Shown: positions 25,201-34,900, counted from the stretch's first letter. The stretch is DNA of 64,000 nucleotides from Leidyana gryllorum EB-2025a (GCA_048772705.1 JBLWGC010000230.1:248001-312000), one strand, 5' to 3'. Notes: a model not told the origin generated them from the letters alone. Numbers and translations are program-made.

Positions 25201-28200
25201 CCAATCGTAAGTGTTGATGATTGCATTTGGGATGTTCCTCTCCGTAGTTGTCCTGGAATTCTCCTTGGCTATGACACACACATTGCGTTCGTTGGCCTCC
25301 ACTGGGTCGGCGCTTCGCACCATTGACGGTACGAGTAGAACACCCAAGTTGATGCCGTTGTGCTTTAACGCAGTAATGAGGTCCCACACGTTCGGATACT
25401 CATAGTTCATGCACTCGTCATCCCAATCACTCCAGAGATGAGATCGAGTTTTCCATTCTTTCTCTGGATACAGTCCGCGATCAGTCACGGTAGTGGCTTC
25501 TCCTTCGAGATGTGGTTGGGCATCGGTAATGAGGAGAGCATATCGAGCTGTGGTGTGAGTAGGCTTGGTAGCGGGGACCTCGACTCGTCTCCACTCCACG
25601 TCAGGGGAGCGGGCGGTTCCCATCAACGCAACGTATTGACTTTCTGGCAAGTCACAACCTCCGTAACACAGAAGTTCCCTCATCTTCTTTGGTACTTCAG
25701 ACGAGTCTCCGGATAAGATGGGAACGTCCACTTGCCCACAATGGTCAACGGTGGTGCCCATATTAGGAATGGGTTTGTCTTTGAACGATACGAGACCCAC
25801 TTTGCTCCCTGGATGTGTGTCTTCCAGATAATCAATGAGTTTCTCCAACGACCGAGCGATATTGGCATTCGTTTCCTGAAGGCCAAGAGTGGTATCCAAG
25901 ACTATCATAAGATCAATAGGGCCATCGTCACACCCTTCTCGGGGATCAACATAGTCGCTGCTGCCGATGTCTGCGGGAGGGGTCGTTGACGGTGATACAT
26001 TTCCATTTCCACCTCCAGCTCCACCGTCGTCCTCAGTTGTCGTGCCGTCTCCGCCATCGGCCCCACTGTCTCCCTCACTAGTCGTGCCGTCTCCGCCATC
26101 GGCCCCACTGTCTTCTTCGTTAGTCGTGCCGTCTCCGTCGTCGGCCCCACTGTCTTCTTGGTTAGTCGTGCCGTCTCCGCCGTCGGCCCCACTGTCTTCT
26201 TCGTTAGTCGTGCCGTCTCCGCCATCGGCCCCACTGTCTTCTTCGTTAGTCGTGCCGTCTCCGCCGTCGGCCCCACTGTCTTCTTCGTTAGTCGTGCCGT
26301 CTCCGCCATCGGCCCCACTATCTTCTTCGTTAGTCGTGCCGTCTCCGCCGTCGGCCCCACTGTCTTCCTCATTAGTCGTGCCGTCTCCGCCGTCGGCCCC
26401 ACTGTCTTCTTCGTTAGTCGTGCCGTCTCCGCCATCTCCGCCAGAGCCACCATCATCAGTGGAGGGCTCATATGTGGACCACTCTGCAGTGAGCGTAGTA
26501 TCACTGCTGGAGTGGTCGGTTGTTGCTCGATCGGTGGTACTCAAGAGGGATGAAGAGCTCGTTTCTGGTGTTGGTACGTCGGTGGCGGTCAGGGTAGTTT
26601 CTTCGGTGGTGTCGGAGTCCAAGATTGATGATGAGGACGACAGATCTGTCGTCTCTGATGTAGTTTCAGAGGTATCCATTCCGGTAGTGCTACTCTCTTT
26701 CCCATCAGATGTGCTCGAGTCCGCTGTCGAGGAGGTCTCGAAAGGTGTCGTTGTGGTGTCGGCATCAGTGGTGGTGGTCTCCAGAGCAGTAGAGTGCGTG
26801 AGGGAGTGAGTGGTAGTCAGCTCGGTTGTGGTGGTTGGATCCTGAGTGGTGGTTGTAGGTTCAGTAGGTTCAGAAGGTTGGGAAAAGTTTGGTGTTGGCG
26901 TGCGATCCTCATTGCGGCAAAAGTCTGTGTGGGCTCGTTCTATGAATTCAGCGACTCTGGCCGTTCCTTCGGGACACTCCATGGTTTCACAGGTGAAGAG
27001 GTATAGCTGGTCTCCCTGTCCCAGCCAGCTCCGAAGTAGCCAATCGTAAGCTGCCACCGTGCTGGGGTCAACACGGGGTTCGAGTGGGGCTCTCATAAGA
27101 GCTGCTTGCATACATTCGTGAGATTGCCGGTCGCTGTAGCTCCTGCTCTCCATTTGCAAGCGTGCCTTACCCTGTTGGGGCACCACCAGAACTCCCAACT
27201 TGACACCATTGTGAAAGAGGGACTCTTGAACCTCAACCAATGATGGATACTCGTACTCGTGGCACTCGGCCTCTTCTCCACCCCAGATTAGACCATTCCG
27301 GTCTTTCCAGGTTTTGTCCTTGAACTGTTCCAGTTCTTTATTCTTGTGGGCGGTCGCAGAGAATTGATTGTTAGAGGGTCCGATATGCGGCTGGTCATCG
27401 GTGATGAGTAACATGTAGCGACCAGTAGTATGTTGGGGAGAAGTTGCGGGCACTTCCAAGCGGCGCCAGCCGACATCGGGATCACGAGCCGCTCTCAGCA
27501 TTGCCATGTATTGTGCCTCCCAACTGTCACAACCGCCAGAACACAATAGGCCATCCATCCGGTCCAAAACTTGACCGAAGTCAGCAGTCAGAGGAACATC
27601 GAGTTTGGTGCAGTAGTCTACCACAGTACCCATCTCAGGGACGGGTTTGTCCTGAAAACTGAGCATTCCGACTCGGCTACCGGGATGAAACTCGTCGAGG
27701 TAATCCATAAACGCGGCCAGAGACTCAATTAGGTTGTCCTTGACTTCTTGTAAGCCCATAGTGGCGTCTTGTAGAATCATGAGATCAATCGGGCCGCGCT
27801 CGCAATCGTCGTTGATATCGAATGGCAGTGACAGAGCTTTCTCGCGAAGATCGCGCTGAAAGGGGAGGGTGATGGGAGGTTGGGCGTGCGGTAGCCCAGT
27901 TGCAGTGGCATCTGGAACCGCGCGAGTAGCGTCGTCGAATAGAAGTGATTCGTGATTGAAAATGATTTGCTCATCGAAGCGGGTAGGCCGCTCAGCCTCT
28001 AATAGGGGCAAAGGCGGGCGTTTGATATCACTATTGAATTGTGACGGTATCCGATGCACTTCAAAATCGTCCGAGGAGCGAGCATTTGAGTCGGCAATAC
28101 CTGCATTGAGTCGCTCAGGGTGTCCTTCGGACGAGAAGTTGCAATAAACGGATTCCCAGTCTGTCAATAAATCTACCAGTGCGTCGCGACAATCAGCCCT

Positions 28201-28902
28201 GGAGCATCGCGCGAGAAGAGACATGGGGTCAAAGCCCATCCGTGTCAATAGGTGTCTCCAAGCGCGTTCAATGGATGCGTCTGCGTCACTGGAGAGCAGA
28301 ATAGCTGGAACAATACGTCCAGTATGTAGGGAAGAAGCAACCTGGGAAAGCTTCTCAAGGGTGTCATACTTTGTGCAGGGGTTCGAAAGTTTTCTAAGGG
28401 CGTTGTGATCATTGGGGTTCAATAGTAGGGAGTGGCCGCTCAGATCTGGCGCCGAACTTGTAATAAGAACAGTCAACCTGTTGTCCAGCTGCCAGCCCAC
28501 TCGATCATCCTGCGACCCCACAAGAGCCGTGAGATGACCAGTGTCTGGGCCACTCCCTCCACGGGTGCGAAGAGAAGTGTACGATCTTCGATGGAGAACA
28601 TCATTCCATGGAATCAGAGGTGTCTCCATCAGCATGCAGTCATCATTGCCAGAAGGTAATGTGTCGTTATGTTCTGATCGGAAGCCCAACAGGCCCAGCC
28701 GTGAGTGTGGGTGCCTTTCGACTAGATGAGCTCCAAAGTCAATAAGATCCCGCTCCATCGTCTCGAGTGTCCGCTCCATGCCAGCACTCAAATCTTGCAA
28801 TAACACAAGATCGACTGAAGCGCGGCATCCAATATCAGGAGCAATAAAGGGAGCCCCGTAGATTGGGCTCACTCCGAGCAAAGTTGGTAATATCAACTTC
28901 AT
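22204..28902 (-). CDS. Intronless 2232-aa surface adhesin: signal peptide, four integrin-beta-I-like vWA domains separated by mucin/acidic repeat spacers, TM helix, acidic tail
   Basis: Domains begin CRASVDLVLLQDLS, CERGPIDLMILQDAT, CDDGPIDLMIVLDTT and CTNGPIDLLIVQDIT. Domains 2-4 share VGxxSFxDKP, GGCDxxExQ, VxWRR, LxTDxxPH and YEYP. TM AVILSSTLGAVAGVGLAGIGVAALSY. Tail SRWTGGDEFLDDEVLIENTE. Confidence 0.92.
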   Translation of the reverse strand: MKLILPTLLGVSPIYGAPFIAPDIGCRASVDLVLLQDLSAGMERTLETMERDLIDFGAHLVERHPHSRLGLLGFRSEHNDTLPSGNDDCMLMETPLIPWNDVLHRRSYTSLRTRGGSGPDTGHLTALVGSQDDRVGWQLDNRLTVLITSSAPDLSGHSLLLNPNDHNALRKLSNPCTKYDTLEKLSQVASSLHTGRIVPAILLSSDADASIERAWRHLLTRMGFDPMSLLARCSRADCRDALVDLLTDWESVYCNFSSEGHPERLNAGIADSNARSSDDFEVHRIPSQFNSDIKRPPLPLLEAERPTRFDEQIIFNHESLLFDDATRAVPDATATGLPHAQPPITLPFQRDLREKALSLPFDINDDCERGPIDLMILQDATMGLQEVKDNLIESLAAFMDYLDEFHPGSRVGMLSFQDKPVPEMGTVVDYCTKLDVPLTADFGQVLDRMDGLLCSGGCDSWEAQYMAMLRAARDPDVGWRRLEVPATSPQHTTGRYMLLITDDQPHIGPSNNQFSATAHKNKELEQFKDKTWKDRNGLIWGGEEAECHEYEYPSLVEVQESLFHNGVKLGVLVVPQQGKARLQMESRSYSDRQSHECMQAALMRAPLEPRVDPSTVAAYDWLLRSWLGQGDQLYLFTCETMECPEGTARVAEFIERAHTDFCRNEDRTPTPNFSQPSEPTEPTTTTQDPTTTTELTTTHSLTHSTALETTTTDADTTTTPFETSSTADSSTSDGKESSTTGMDTSETTSETTDLSSSSSILDSDTTEETTLTATDVPTPETSSSSLLSTTDRATTDHSSSDTTLTAEWSTYEPSTDDGGSGGDGGDGTTNEEDSGADGGDGTTNEEDSGADGGDGTTNEEDSGADGGDGTTNEEDSGADGGDGTTNEEDSGADGGDGTTNEEDSGADGGDGTTNQEDSGADDGDGTTNEEDSGADGGDGTTSEGDSGADGGDGTTTEDDGGAGGGNGNVSPSTTPPADIGSSDYVDPREGCDDGPIDLMIVLDTTLGLQETNANIARSLEKLIDYLEDTHPGSKVGLVSFKDKPIPNMGTTVDHCGQVDVPILSGDSSEVPKKMRELLCYGGCDLPESQYVALMGTARSPDVEWRRVEVPATKPTHTTARYALLITDAQPHLEGEATTVTDRGLYPEKEWKTRSHLWSDWDDECMNYEYPNVWDLITALKHNGINLGVLLVPSMVRSADPVEANERNVCVIAKENSRTTTERNIPNAIINTYDWLLRGGIGQEDPYLFLCPEDNCPESFHLMQNFIDRAHEAVCSSGTPTPDFSQPTELEVTTEPVVTTHHYTEKPALSQAGTTIHELPTTPATTEAEETTSTLSTTETEATTSPLTTNETEETTSALSTTETEATTSTLSTTETEETTSALSTTETEATTSTLSTTETEETTSTLSTTETGKTTSTLSTTETGETTSTLSTTETEATTSTLSTTETEETTSTLSTTETEETTSTLSTTETGETTSTLSTTETDETTSTLSTTETGETTSTLSTTETEETTSTLSTTETGETTSTLSTTETGETTSTLSTSETEETTSTLSTTETEETTSTLSTTETEETTSTLSTTETEETTSTLSTTETGKTTSTLSTTETGETTSTLSTTETEETTSTLSTTETEETTSTLSTTETDETMSPQSSTGSDETMSAVTTFDTEEGGTLTLDFSRSTEEEIVDPTTEEEVDISCTNGPIDLLIVQDITSGLQTTIHNVAASVEGLLHYIEETHPGSNVGLLSFQDKPVPNLGTTTDTCGDLTVPLTSQYSRLPDVMRSLASEGGCDMSEAQWVALMGAARDPGVNWRRVENKPTSPGHTTARYVILVTDSPPHQDGDAVLYTDYNVFPGKEWFARDRLWAGWDEECSTYEYPKITEVAESLLNNGINLGVLLVPVEPVPDRATYGSIVGDDQEVNACVVSRLNAVAEFGGRVDQRAADIYTSLLTDHLGQSRSQLMLCPEEYCPEATQLLRDFIDTAHESVCMTGTLTPDFSQDTEEETTSATTDPDGGSTQSDDDVCTDEGGCTDPVGTDPDAGGSTEPDLGCTDPGACTDPVGTDPDDGGSTEPDLGCTDPGACTDPVGTDPDDGGSTEPDLGCTDPGACTEPAGGDGDCTDPDGECSDSDEGGCTDEGSRTDPAGGDGGSTDSDGGDSTQTTDPDQASTTSTTYTGAYRTLIQTVIDEVDGSLAVILSSTLGAVAGVGLAGIGVAALSYSRWTGGDEFLDDEVLIENTE
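22590..22850 (-). repeat. 78-bp coding tandem repeat (GSTEPDLGCTDPGACTDPVGTDPDDG), about 3 copies
   Basis: Near-identical 26-aa Cys-containing units in the membrane-proximal stalk of the 2232-aa protein. Confidence 0.9.
23975..24930 (-). repeat. 36-bp coding tandem repeat (TTSTLSTTETEE), about 26 copies
   Basis: Unit gtggtactcagtgtcgacgtcgtctcctctgtctca repeated head-to-tail with point variants and no spacers. Confidence 0.95.
26040..26440 (-). repeat. 42-bp coding tandem repeat (GDGTTNEEDSGADG), about 9-10 copies
   Basis: Unit gtcgtgccgtctccgccgtcggccccactgtcttcttcgtta repeated head-to-tail. Confidence 0.95.
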
Positions 28903-29716
28903 CGTTCACTATACAGACGGCGAGCAGTCAATGCAAGTAGCTGGTTTGGACAGTGCACGAAAAACAACAAAATGGGAGGGTCAGCAGCTCTCCAGCAGTA
29001 TGTCTATTCCAGCAGCCTCTTAAATCACCTTATTGGCGATTTGCACACACACTTATATCGGCGTCTCCAGCCGCGTCCCACTCCTTCACGCCAATGCAAC
29101 CCGTCGCTCTCTCTATCTGTCAGCTCACTAGGGAGACCTCTCATCTAATCTCTGCTACAGTCCTTGTCGGTCTTTGCCAATGTTAACCAAGGCACCAAAG
29201 TTTGACTCGTGACGATTTTTGTGAATGTCGATCGGTTCATCACTGACTGCTGAACTCGTCAACAATAAATCTGCGCTGTGACGAGAATATATGAATCTTC
29301 GAATGAAGCACACTAAGGGGAGTAGAAGGAATCGCCAAAAAAGCAGTTGCTTCAGATAAGCCTCTCCTCAACAATATCAACAACGGCCCCGCCCCTCCCA
29401 GCGAGACAGAGAGGGCGGCAACAACCAGTCCTGCCTGTTATTCACAAGCTGCAACGGTGTGCCGGTGATAGTTCCAGAGATAATGAGATTTGAAGAGTGT
29501 TGTGTGCTTTCGACTGGTCGCCAATAACTTCTACGACCGAGCCAACTTGAGAGTCGAACAACGACTCAAAAAGACCGTTGGAAAGAAGAGTATGAGAGAA
29601 GCAGAGTGTACAGGAGAGTCAATAACAGAAGAAGAGTAAGTATAATGGTGCATTCGACGGCACACTTTGATAGATCGCGCGCTTTTCCGTACAGGAAGCA
29701 TTAGACTGCTCCAAAC

Positions 29717-30919
29717 TCAGATAGCGGGTTTCACGACAGCGCCGTTGCGGCCAATGGTAACAACCCACCACCAAGTGCCGTAACCCGGGAAGGTGGTGGC
29801 AGCTCTGTGCATTGGGCTCAGAGTAGTGACGTGGGTGTCGGCAACTGCTACGGTGTCTTTCTCGGCCTCGCCAGACAACTTTTCGACAGCTATCGGCAGG
29901 GCCTCAGCAACTGCCTCTTGATTACGGCCAATTGTGAACCACCAAATGGGGCTGGAGCCATATCGCGGGGCGTGGTAGAGCGGTTGAGTAGTGGTACTGT
30001 CAGCAACGGCGGGAACAGGCGCGTGCACGTGGGCACCTCTCACGGGGAACACCCACCACCAAGTATAAGAGCTGTCCGCCAGCAATGCCGGAGCATGGGT
30101 CGGCTGCTCCGTTTCTCTCTCAATCACGGCTTCTTGATTTACCAGAACCATCGCTGTCGAGGTTTCGGAAGCTCCATTGTCATGCAGAGCAGCAGAGTGC
30201 GCGGAAGCTTCTGCCTTTTGGACATAAGTCTCAATAGTTTGCACAAACTTGTGCGCAAATCGACTGCATTCACGCTCGCACTTGCCTTTCTGGATGACCG
30301 GAGCAGCATCATCTTGGTCCGGTTTCATCAGCAATACTGCAACACCGATATCCTTTTCGAGCAATTCAGATTTGACAAACTCTGGAGCCGGAGCGGGCAG
30401 CTGGTCGCAAGGAGCTTCCCATGCCGCCCAAGCGTCCTCTCCGCCGGCTGATACGAGCGGCGCATCGTTAGCAGCATTCGCGTCGGATGCCGGGAGATTG
30501 CTGGTAAGGGCCAATACCAATCGAGACCGATCTTTCTCTTGGCTCCACTGGATATTGCCGCGGTCGTAGGCTACACTCATAACAGCTTTGAAGTAATCAT
30601 CACTGTGCTTGTGCCCGCCGAAAGCCAATGAATGCTTCAAGCTTGCTTTATGTGTCTTCCAATGGGTCATCGGCGCCAAGGAGGCGCTGAGCTGTACGCA
30701 AGAGTCTTTCGAATCCGCGCCACTCATTCCGATAACGCCCAACTTCGAGTCGGGATGTACAGTATGTAAATAGTCAGCAATGTAAGGTATACTGGAGCTC
30801 ACGCCTTCCCAAACGGGCTCCATCACATTTGATGTATCCATGAGGAGTACAATGTCGAGCGGGACAGCTGCGACGGCAGAGGCGCCGATCGCGGACCAGA
30901 AAACTGGAGTGCGCATCAT
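29717..30919 (-). CDS. Intronless secreted protein with a degenerate integrin-beta-like vWA domain and C-terminal Trp-rich repeats
   Basis: Signal peptide MMRTPVFWSAIGASAVAA. Motifs VPLDIVLLMDTS, HPDSKLGVIG, IQW and SRLVLALTS. The C-terminus has YTWWWVFPVRG, PIWWFTIGRN and YGTWWWVVTIGRN. Confidence 0.8.
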   Translation of the reverse strand: MMRTPVFWSAIGASAVAAVPLDIVLLMDTSNVMEPVWEGVSSSIPYIADYLHTVHPDSKLGVIGMSGADSKDSCVQLSASLAPMTHWKTHKASLKHSLAFGGHKHSDDYFKAVMSVAYDRGNIQWSQEKDRSRLVLALTSNLPASDANAANDAPLVSAGGEDAWAAWEAPCDQLPAPAPEFVKSELLEKDIGVAVLLMKPDQDDAAPVIQKGKCERECSRFAHKFVQTIETYVQKAEASAHSAALHDNGASETSTAMVLVNQEAVIERETEQPTHAPALLADSSYTWWWVFPVRGAHVHAPVPAVADSTTTQPLYHAPRYGSSPIWWFTIGRNQEAVAEALPIAVEKLSGEAEKDTVAVADTHVTTLSPMHRAATTFPGYGTWWWVVTIGRNGAVVKPAI

Positions 30920-31030
30920 CAATTGTCAGAAGTAGTAGATCCTTGCAGAAGTTGCAGAAGCGAGAGAAAAAGTACTCCGAAGAGTTGGTGGTGATTTATG
31001 TTCAGAGAGCATTGGACAGATCGCCGTCTC

Positions 31031-31050
31031 GCACACGTGTGCTCCCAATC
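31031..31050. promoter_or_regulatory. Perfect 12-bp palindrome GCACACGTGTGC (E-box core) with an adjacent CCAAT
   Basis: Seen directly about 110 bp upstream of the ATG at 30919. Regulatory role is inferred. Confidence 0.4.
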
Positions 31051-31151
31051 AATCTGTGTCTCTTTTGATTCAACACAGGAAGATCGGATCTCTATTGAGA
31101 GTTTAATACCTAACTTACTCTCGTATAAGTTACTCCAGCCTAGCTAGCTAG

Positions 31152-31951
31152 CTAATTGCGTCGTCGTTTGGGTGTTGAGCCCCCACCTACTTTATCAAGG
31201 AACTTTTTCCTACCAACCACCCCGCCACCTCTATGTGACTGTTCCATTTGGTGCCTATCGGCGGCCTTCTCCCTGAATATACTCCAGTCAGCACGTGACT
31301 TCTTGATGGCCGTGATACTTTTAGGGTCTATGAGGCGCTCGGCGACTTCTGCCGCTACGGCATCAAAGCGGGTGGTCGCTTCGCTGGCAACTCGTTTCTC
31401 CTTGCCCGTGGCATCCACTTTGAGCACAAACTCGCGACCTGCATATCGTACCCGGCGCTCGCTCAATAGCCGTCCGGTACTGTCATCCACTGCATATAGA
31501 GAGCATTATGGGACATGTCACCTGCGGAGGTCCGCTTACGTTGTTTTAATGCTCGTTTGACAGCCTCGGCCGTGACTGTTGGACAGGACGGGTCGAGAGT
31601 GTCCGGCTGCTGTTGATGCCTGTTCAAGCCGTAGTCTGCAGTCGGTTCAGAGGTGATGCGTGATAGATGTCGATTTTTCTCGGTATCAAGATCCAAGCGA
31701 GCAGGTTCTCTCAACGGGGGCATGTGGGGATAGGTTGGATAGATTTCTATATCTTGCCTCCGTTTGGGGAGAGAGGATTCCCGTAGCTCTTTATATAGGT
31801 TGGCGGCCGAGACTGTAATGCCAGGCGCTAATGTTGGCCTCGACTTGCCATCTTCGGCTTCTGATTCGGATCCTGATGATGGAACAAAATCGATATCATT
31901 CTCTTCCTCCGACTCGTTGTTGAGGGGTATATCCAAGATAGTGTGGCTCAT
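31152..31951 (-). CDS. SWC5: BCNT/CFDP1/Swc5 family protein (SWR1/SRCAP complex); two exons
   Basis: Acidic N-terminus NESEEENDIDFVP. BCNT-C domain RVRYAGREF...IKKSRADWSIFREK...GGGVVGRKKFLDKV. One short GT-AG intron near 31491-31540. Confidence 0.8.
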
Positions 31952-31952
31952 T

Positions 31953-34900
31953 TTAGCTCATTTTTTTAACATCGCTGGACGAACCTACCCGCCGAATTGG
32001 CCGGAGGGAGTACAAAGAAATATCTGGACTAGCCACAACCTTCACTGGTGCTTCAGGCGTTAATGCCTTGCGTCTGTTTTCCACCATTGAACTGCGTCTT
32101 GGTGGGACACCAGGAGTGTGGGATACCACTGTTTCTGGGCACGAGCGTTGTGCCGTACTCACGCTCCTCAGGGACGAGGCAGCCGAAGATCGCTCTCGGG
32201 GACTTTTGATAACAACAGTTCTCACTGGCACGGGTGTATGCGGAGTCTTTGCAGCGGGCAAGGCGTCCCCGCGGGGTGGTATCCTCGCTGGTATCTTCTC
32301 CGCCGTGGGCGATCTCACCAACCCCCGGCTCGAGTCGGGACGCGACTCGCTATTGGTGGTTGGAGGGAGGGGCACTTGCGCTCGCGGGCTTTTGTCGGCT
32401 GCCGTCCGACCTCCAATCCCTCGGTGATTTCTGTCGGCAGCTGCGGGTGGCCGTGGGGGTTGCTTCTTTCCAGACATCGCTTCTGCTTCTTTAAGCAAAA
32501 CTTCAGATTGCTCTTCCGGAACTAAGCGCATAAATGCTGCTGGCCGTTTCACGACGTCCTTTATCCCTTCCTCAAACTTGCGCAGGAAAGCGTGGAATGT
32601 GGCAAACAGTGAACCATACGCAAACGATATCGGCACTGTCTTCCAGTCTTTGCAATTCAGTAAATGCGCCGGAGCAGAGTCGTCGCCGAAAAACTTGGCA
32701 GTCCCCACCACAGTCTCCATCACCCGTCGGGCATCCTCCTGATGAGCAGAGAGAATATATACACAGAGACACAGACACTATTGAACACAGAGACACAGAC
32801 ACAATTGAATACGGAGACACAGACACAATCCCCAGCGTTGGGATACCGAACCATTGGATCGCTCAGTGTCATCAAACTTTGTGGCGAGGGAAGCTCACCT
32901 CCAAGACGTGTAATTCGTTATCCAGACTCGTTCGCATGACGCTAAGTCTGGACCATCCTCGATCTTTCTGTCCCTCTGCTTCGGGTTGATAGTGCTTCTG
33001 ATGAGTGGTACTCTCGATCCGCATCAAATTGGCTCCCTCGTTCAACTGATGTGAGTTAGCGCGGATATTGTCTTTCCAACTCTGTCGTTTCTCACCTGTT
33101 TCCACATGAGATCTAGCGACTCCCCACTGACTTTGGCCGCCTGCTTGACCGTCGGCATGTCTTGGGCCATGAGATGGATGTTTGAATCTGGGGCTGCCGC
33201 GATCTAAAGGTGTCAAGTAATATCGTCCGATCGCACGGCGAGGGGAGATACTTACAACATTGGCAATGATATAATGGAGTGATGTCATTTTCGGGTCCAC
33301 AGCACTTCTGAACTCTGTCAACTTGAGCAACGAAGCTGAAAAGAGAAGCAGAGAACGGTGTCTCGGTTAACAGAGATATGGTGGGTGACTCACATAGAGT
33401 GATCGCTTTGGTGATGAAATCCGTATGCTGTCCATTGATCCCGTGATTGACAAAGTTGCCCCACTTCAAGACGACTTGAAGCATTTGTCGGAACCTTATG
33501 GAGCTGCGCATCTCGGCAGAAGCTTCTTCGAGAATCTTCATCTGACCCTTCAGCTCAGAGACCATTGGTCGCCATTTCTCCTCAAAGATCAGCATTCTGT
33601 TCCGCTCAAGATTACGAGGCACAACGGAAGACCGCAGAGGCCACAGACGACGTTCCGGGATGTCTCGCAGCTTTTCTCTCAATCCACCTGTCAAAGGCAA
33701 TCCAAGTCGTCGAGCGAACCACCCAACTCACCTTTCTTTATATACGCCTCCATTTCTCTATCCTCCTCGGGAGTGAGAAGGACCGTTTCGAGCTTCAGAA
33801 GATCATCACAAGTCATTCTCTCGTTTTTCTCCAGGTCGAGGAGACACTGGGCGAGCAATTCAGGGGGGAATTTGAGTCGAAGAATGACGATACTGACGTT
33901 TTGTGCTCGTTTGGAGTCCAATATGCAGTGTAAGTCTTCTTCTTCGGCCTTCACCTTTTTGGCTTTGGGCTCTATCTTCTTAGCCTCCTTACTGAAAATA
34001 CGATTCATCACCATTGTGTCAACCGTGAATTCCATTTGAGCACTCGCCTTGGACAATTCATCAAAGACTGTATCCTTCAATTGATCATCTGCCAGGGGCT
34101 TCCAGTGGATCTTTTTCCCCAATGGAGCTTTGCCCCCGACCTTCGGACCGTCACCCGCCAGCGCTGCAGCCTTCTTGGCAAACAACGCACCCAGTCCTCC
34201 GCCCCCGGCCGGGGGAGGAGCTTTCTTGCCGCCCACTGCGCTCTTTGCCGGTGGAGGAGCTTTCTTGGTGGGTGGAGGCTTCTTCCCAGCCAAGGCCGCC
34301 TGCAGAGCGGCCGCGGCAGGGTGAACTGGCATCGGTTTGGGTTTCTCAGCCGCCCCGGCACCTGGCTGTGGTGCCGACCCGCGAGTAGGCGTGTCGGTCG
34401 CCATTGAGCGGGGCTGACCCTCTTGGGCCGTGGCTTCGATCATCACCGCATCGAATCGTCGCAGACTGAACCGGTTAACCTTCTTCTCCTCGGCCGCCGC
34501 CAACAATGTCGAGGCCGGCATTGATTTTCGGTCCGGAGACGCCAAGAAACGAGCTGAAGGGGGAGTCAACATCCCTCGCCCTTCAGCTGTAGCAGAGGGT
34601 GAGGTGGGCGGGGCGGAGCCGACGACGGAAGTGGACAAAGAAGAGTCTCCACCAACACCGGGTGCAGCTGGTAGCTTTGGAAAGCGGCTTTTATTGATCG
34701 GCGAGTCGTCCATTGCGGAGTGGCACGGCGGAAGTCTCTCATCGTCCGAAGTCAACTCTGGAATCGGAGGTGGGGAGGCCAGTGACATTGGCGAGAAGTC
34801 GTCGTCGTCATCCAAGTTGACTGGAGAGGTGTCAACAGCGATCGGGCGTAGAGGCCCGATATCCTGAGTGAACTTTACGCGATCGCACACATCAGCAGTC

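Noticed and set aside
29545-29575. Hairpin GAGTCG-AACAA-CGACTC next to an A-run, resembling an intrinsic terminator
   Set aside because: The context is eukaryotic, the stem is short, and the T-run precedes rather than follows the hairpin on the transcribed strand.
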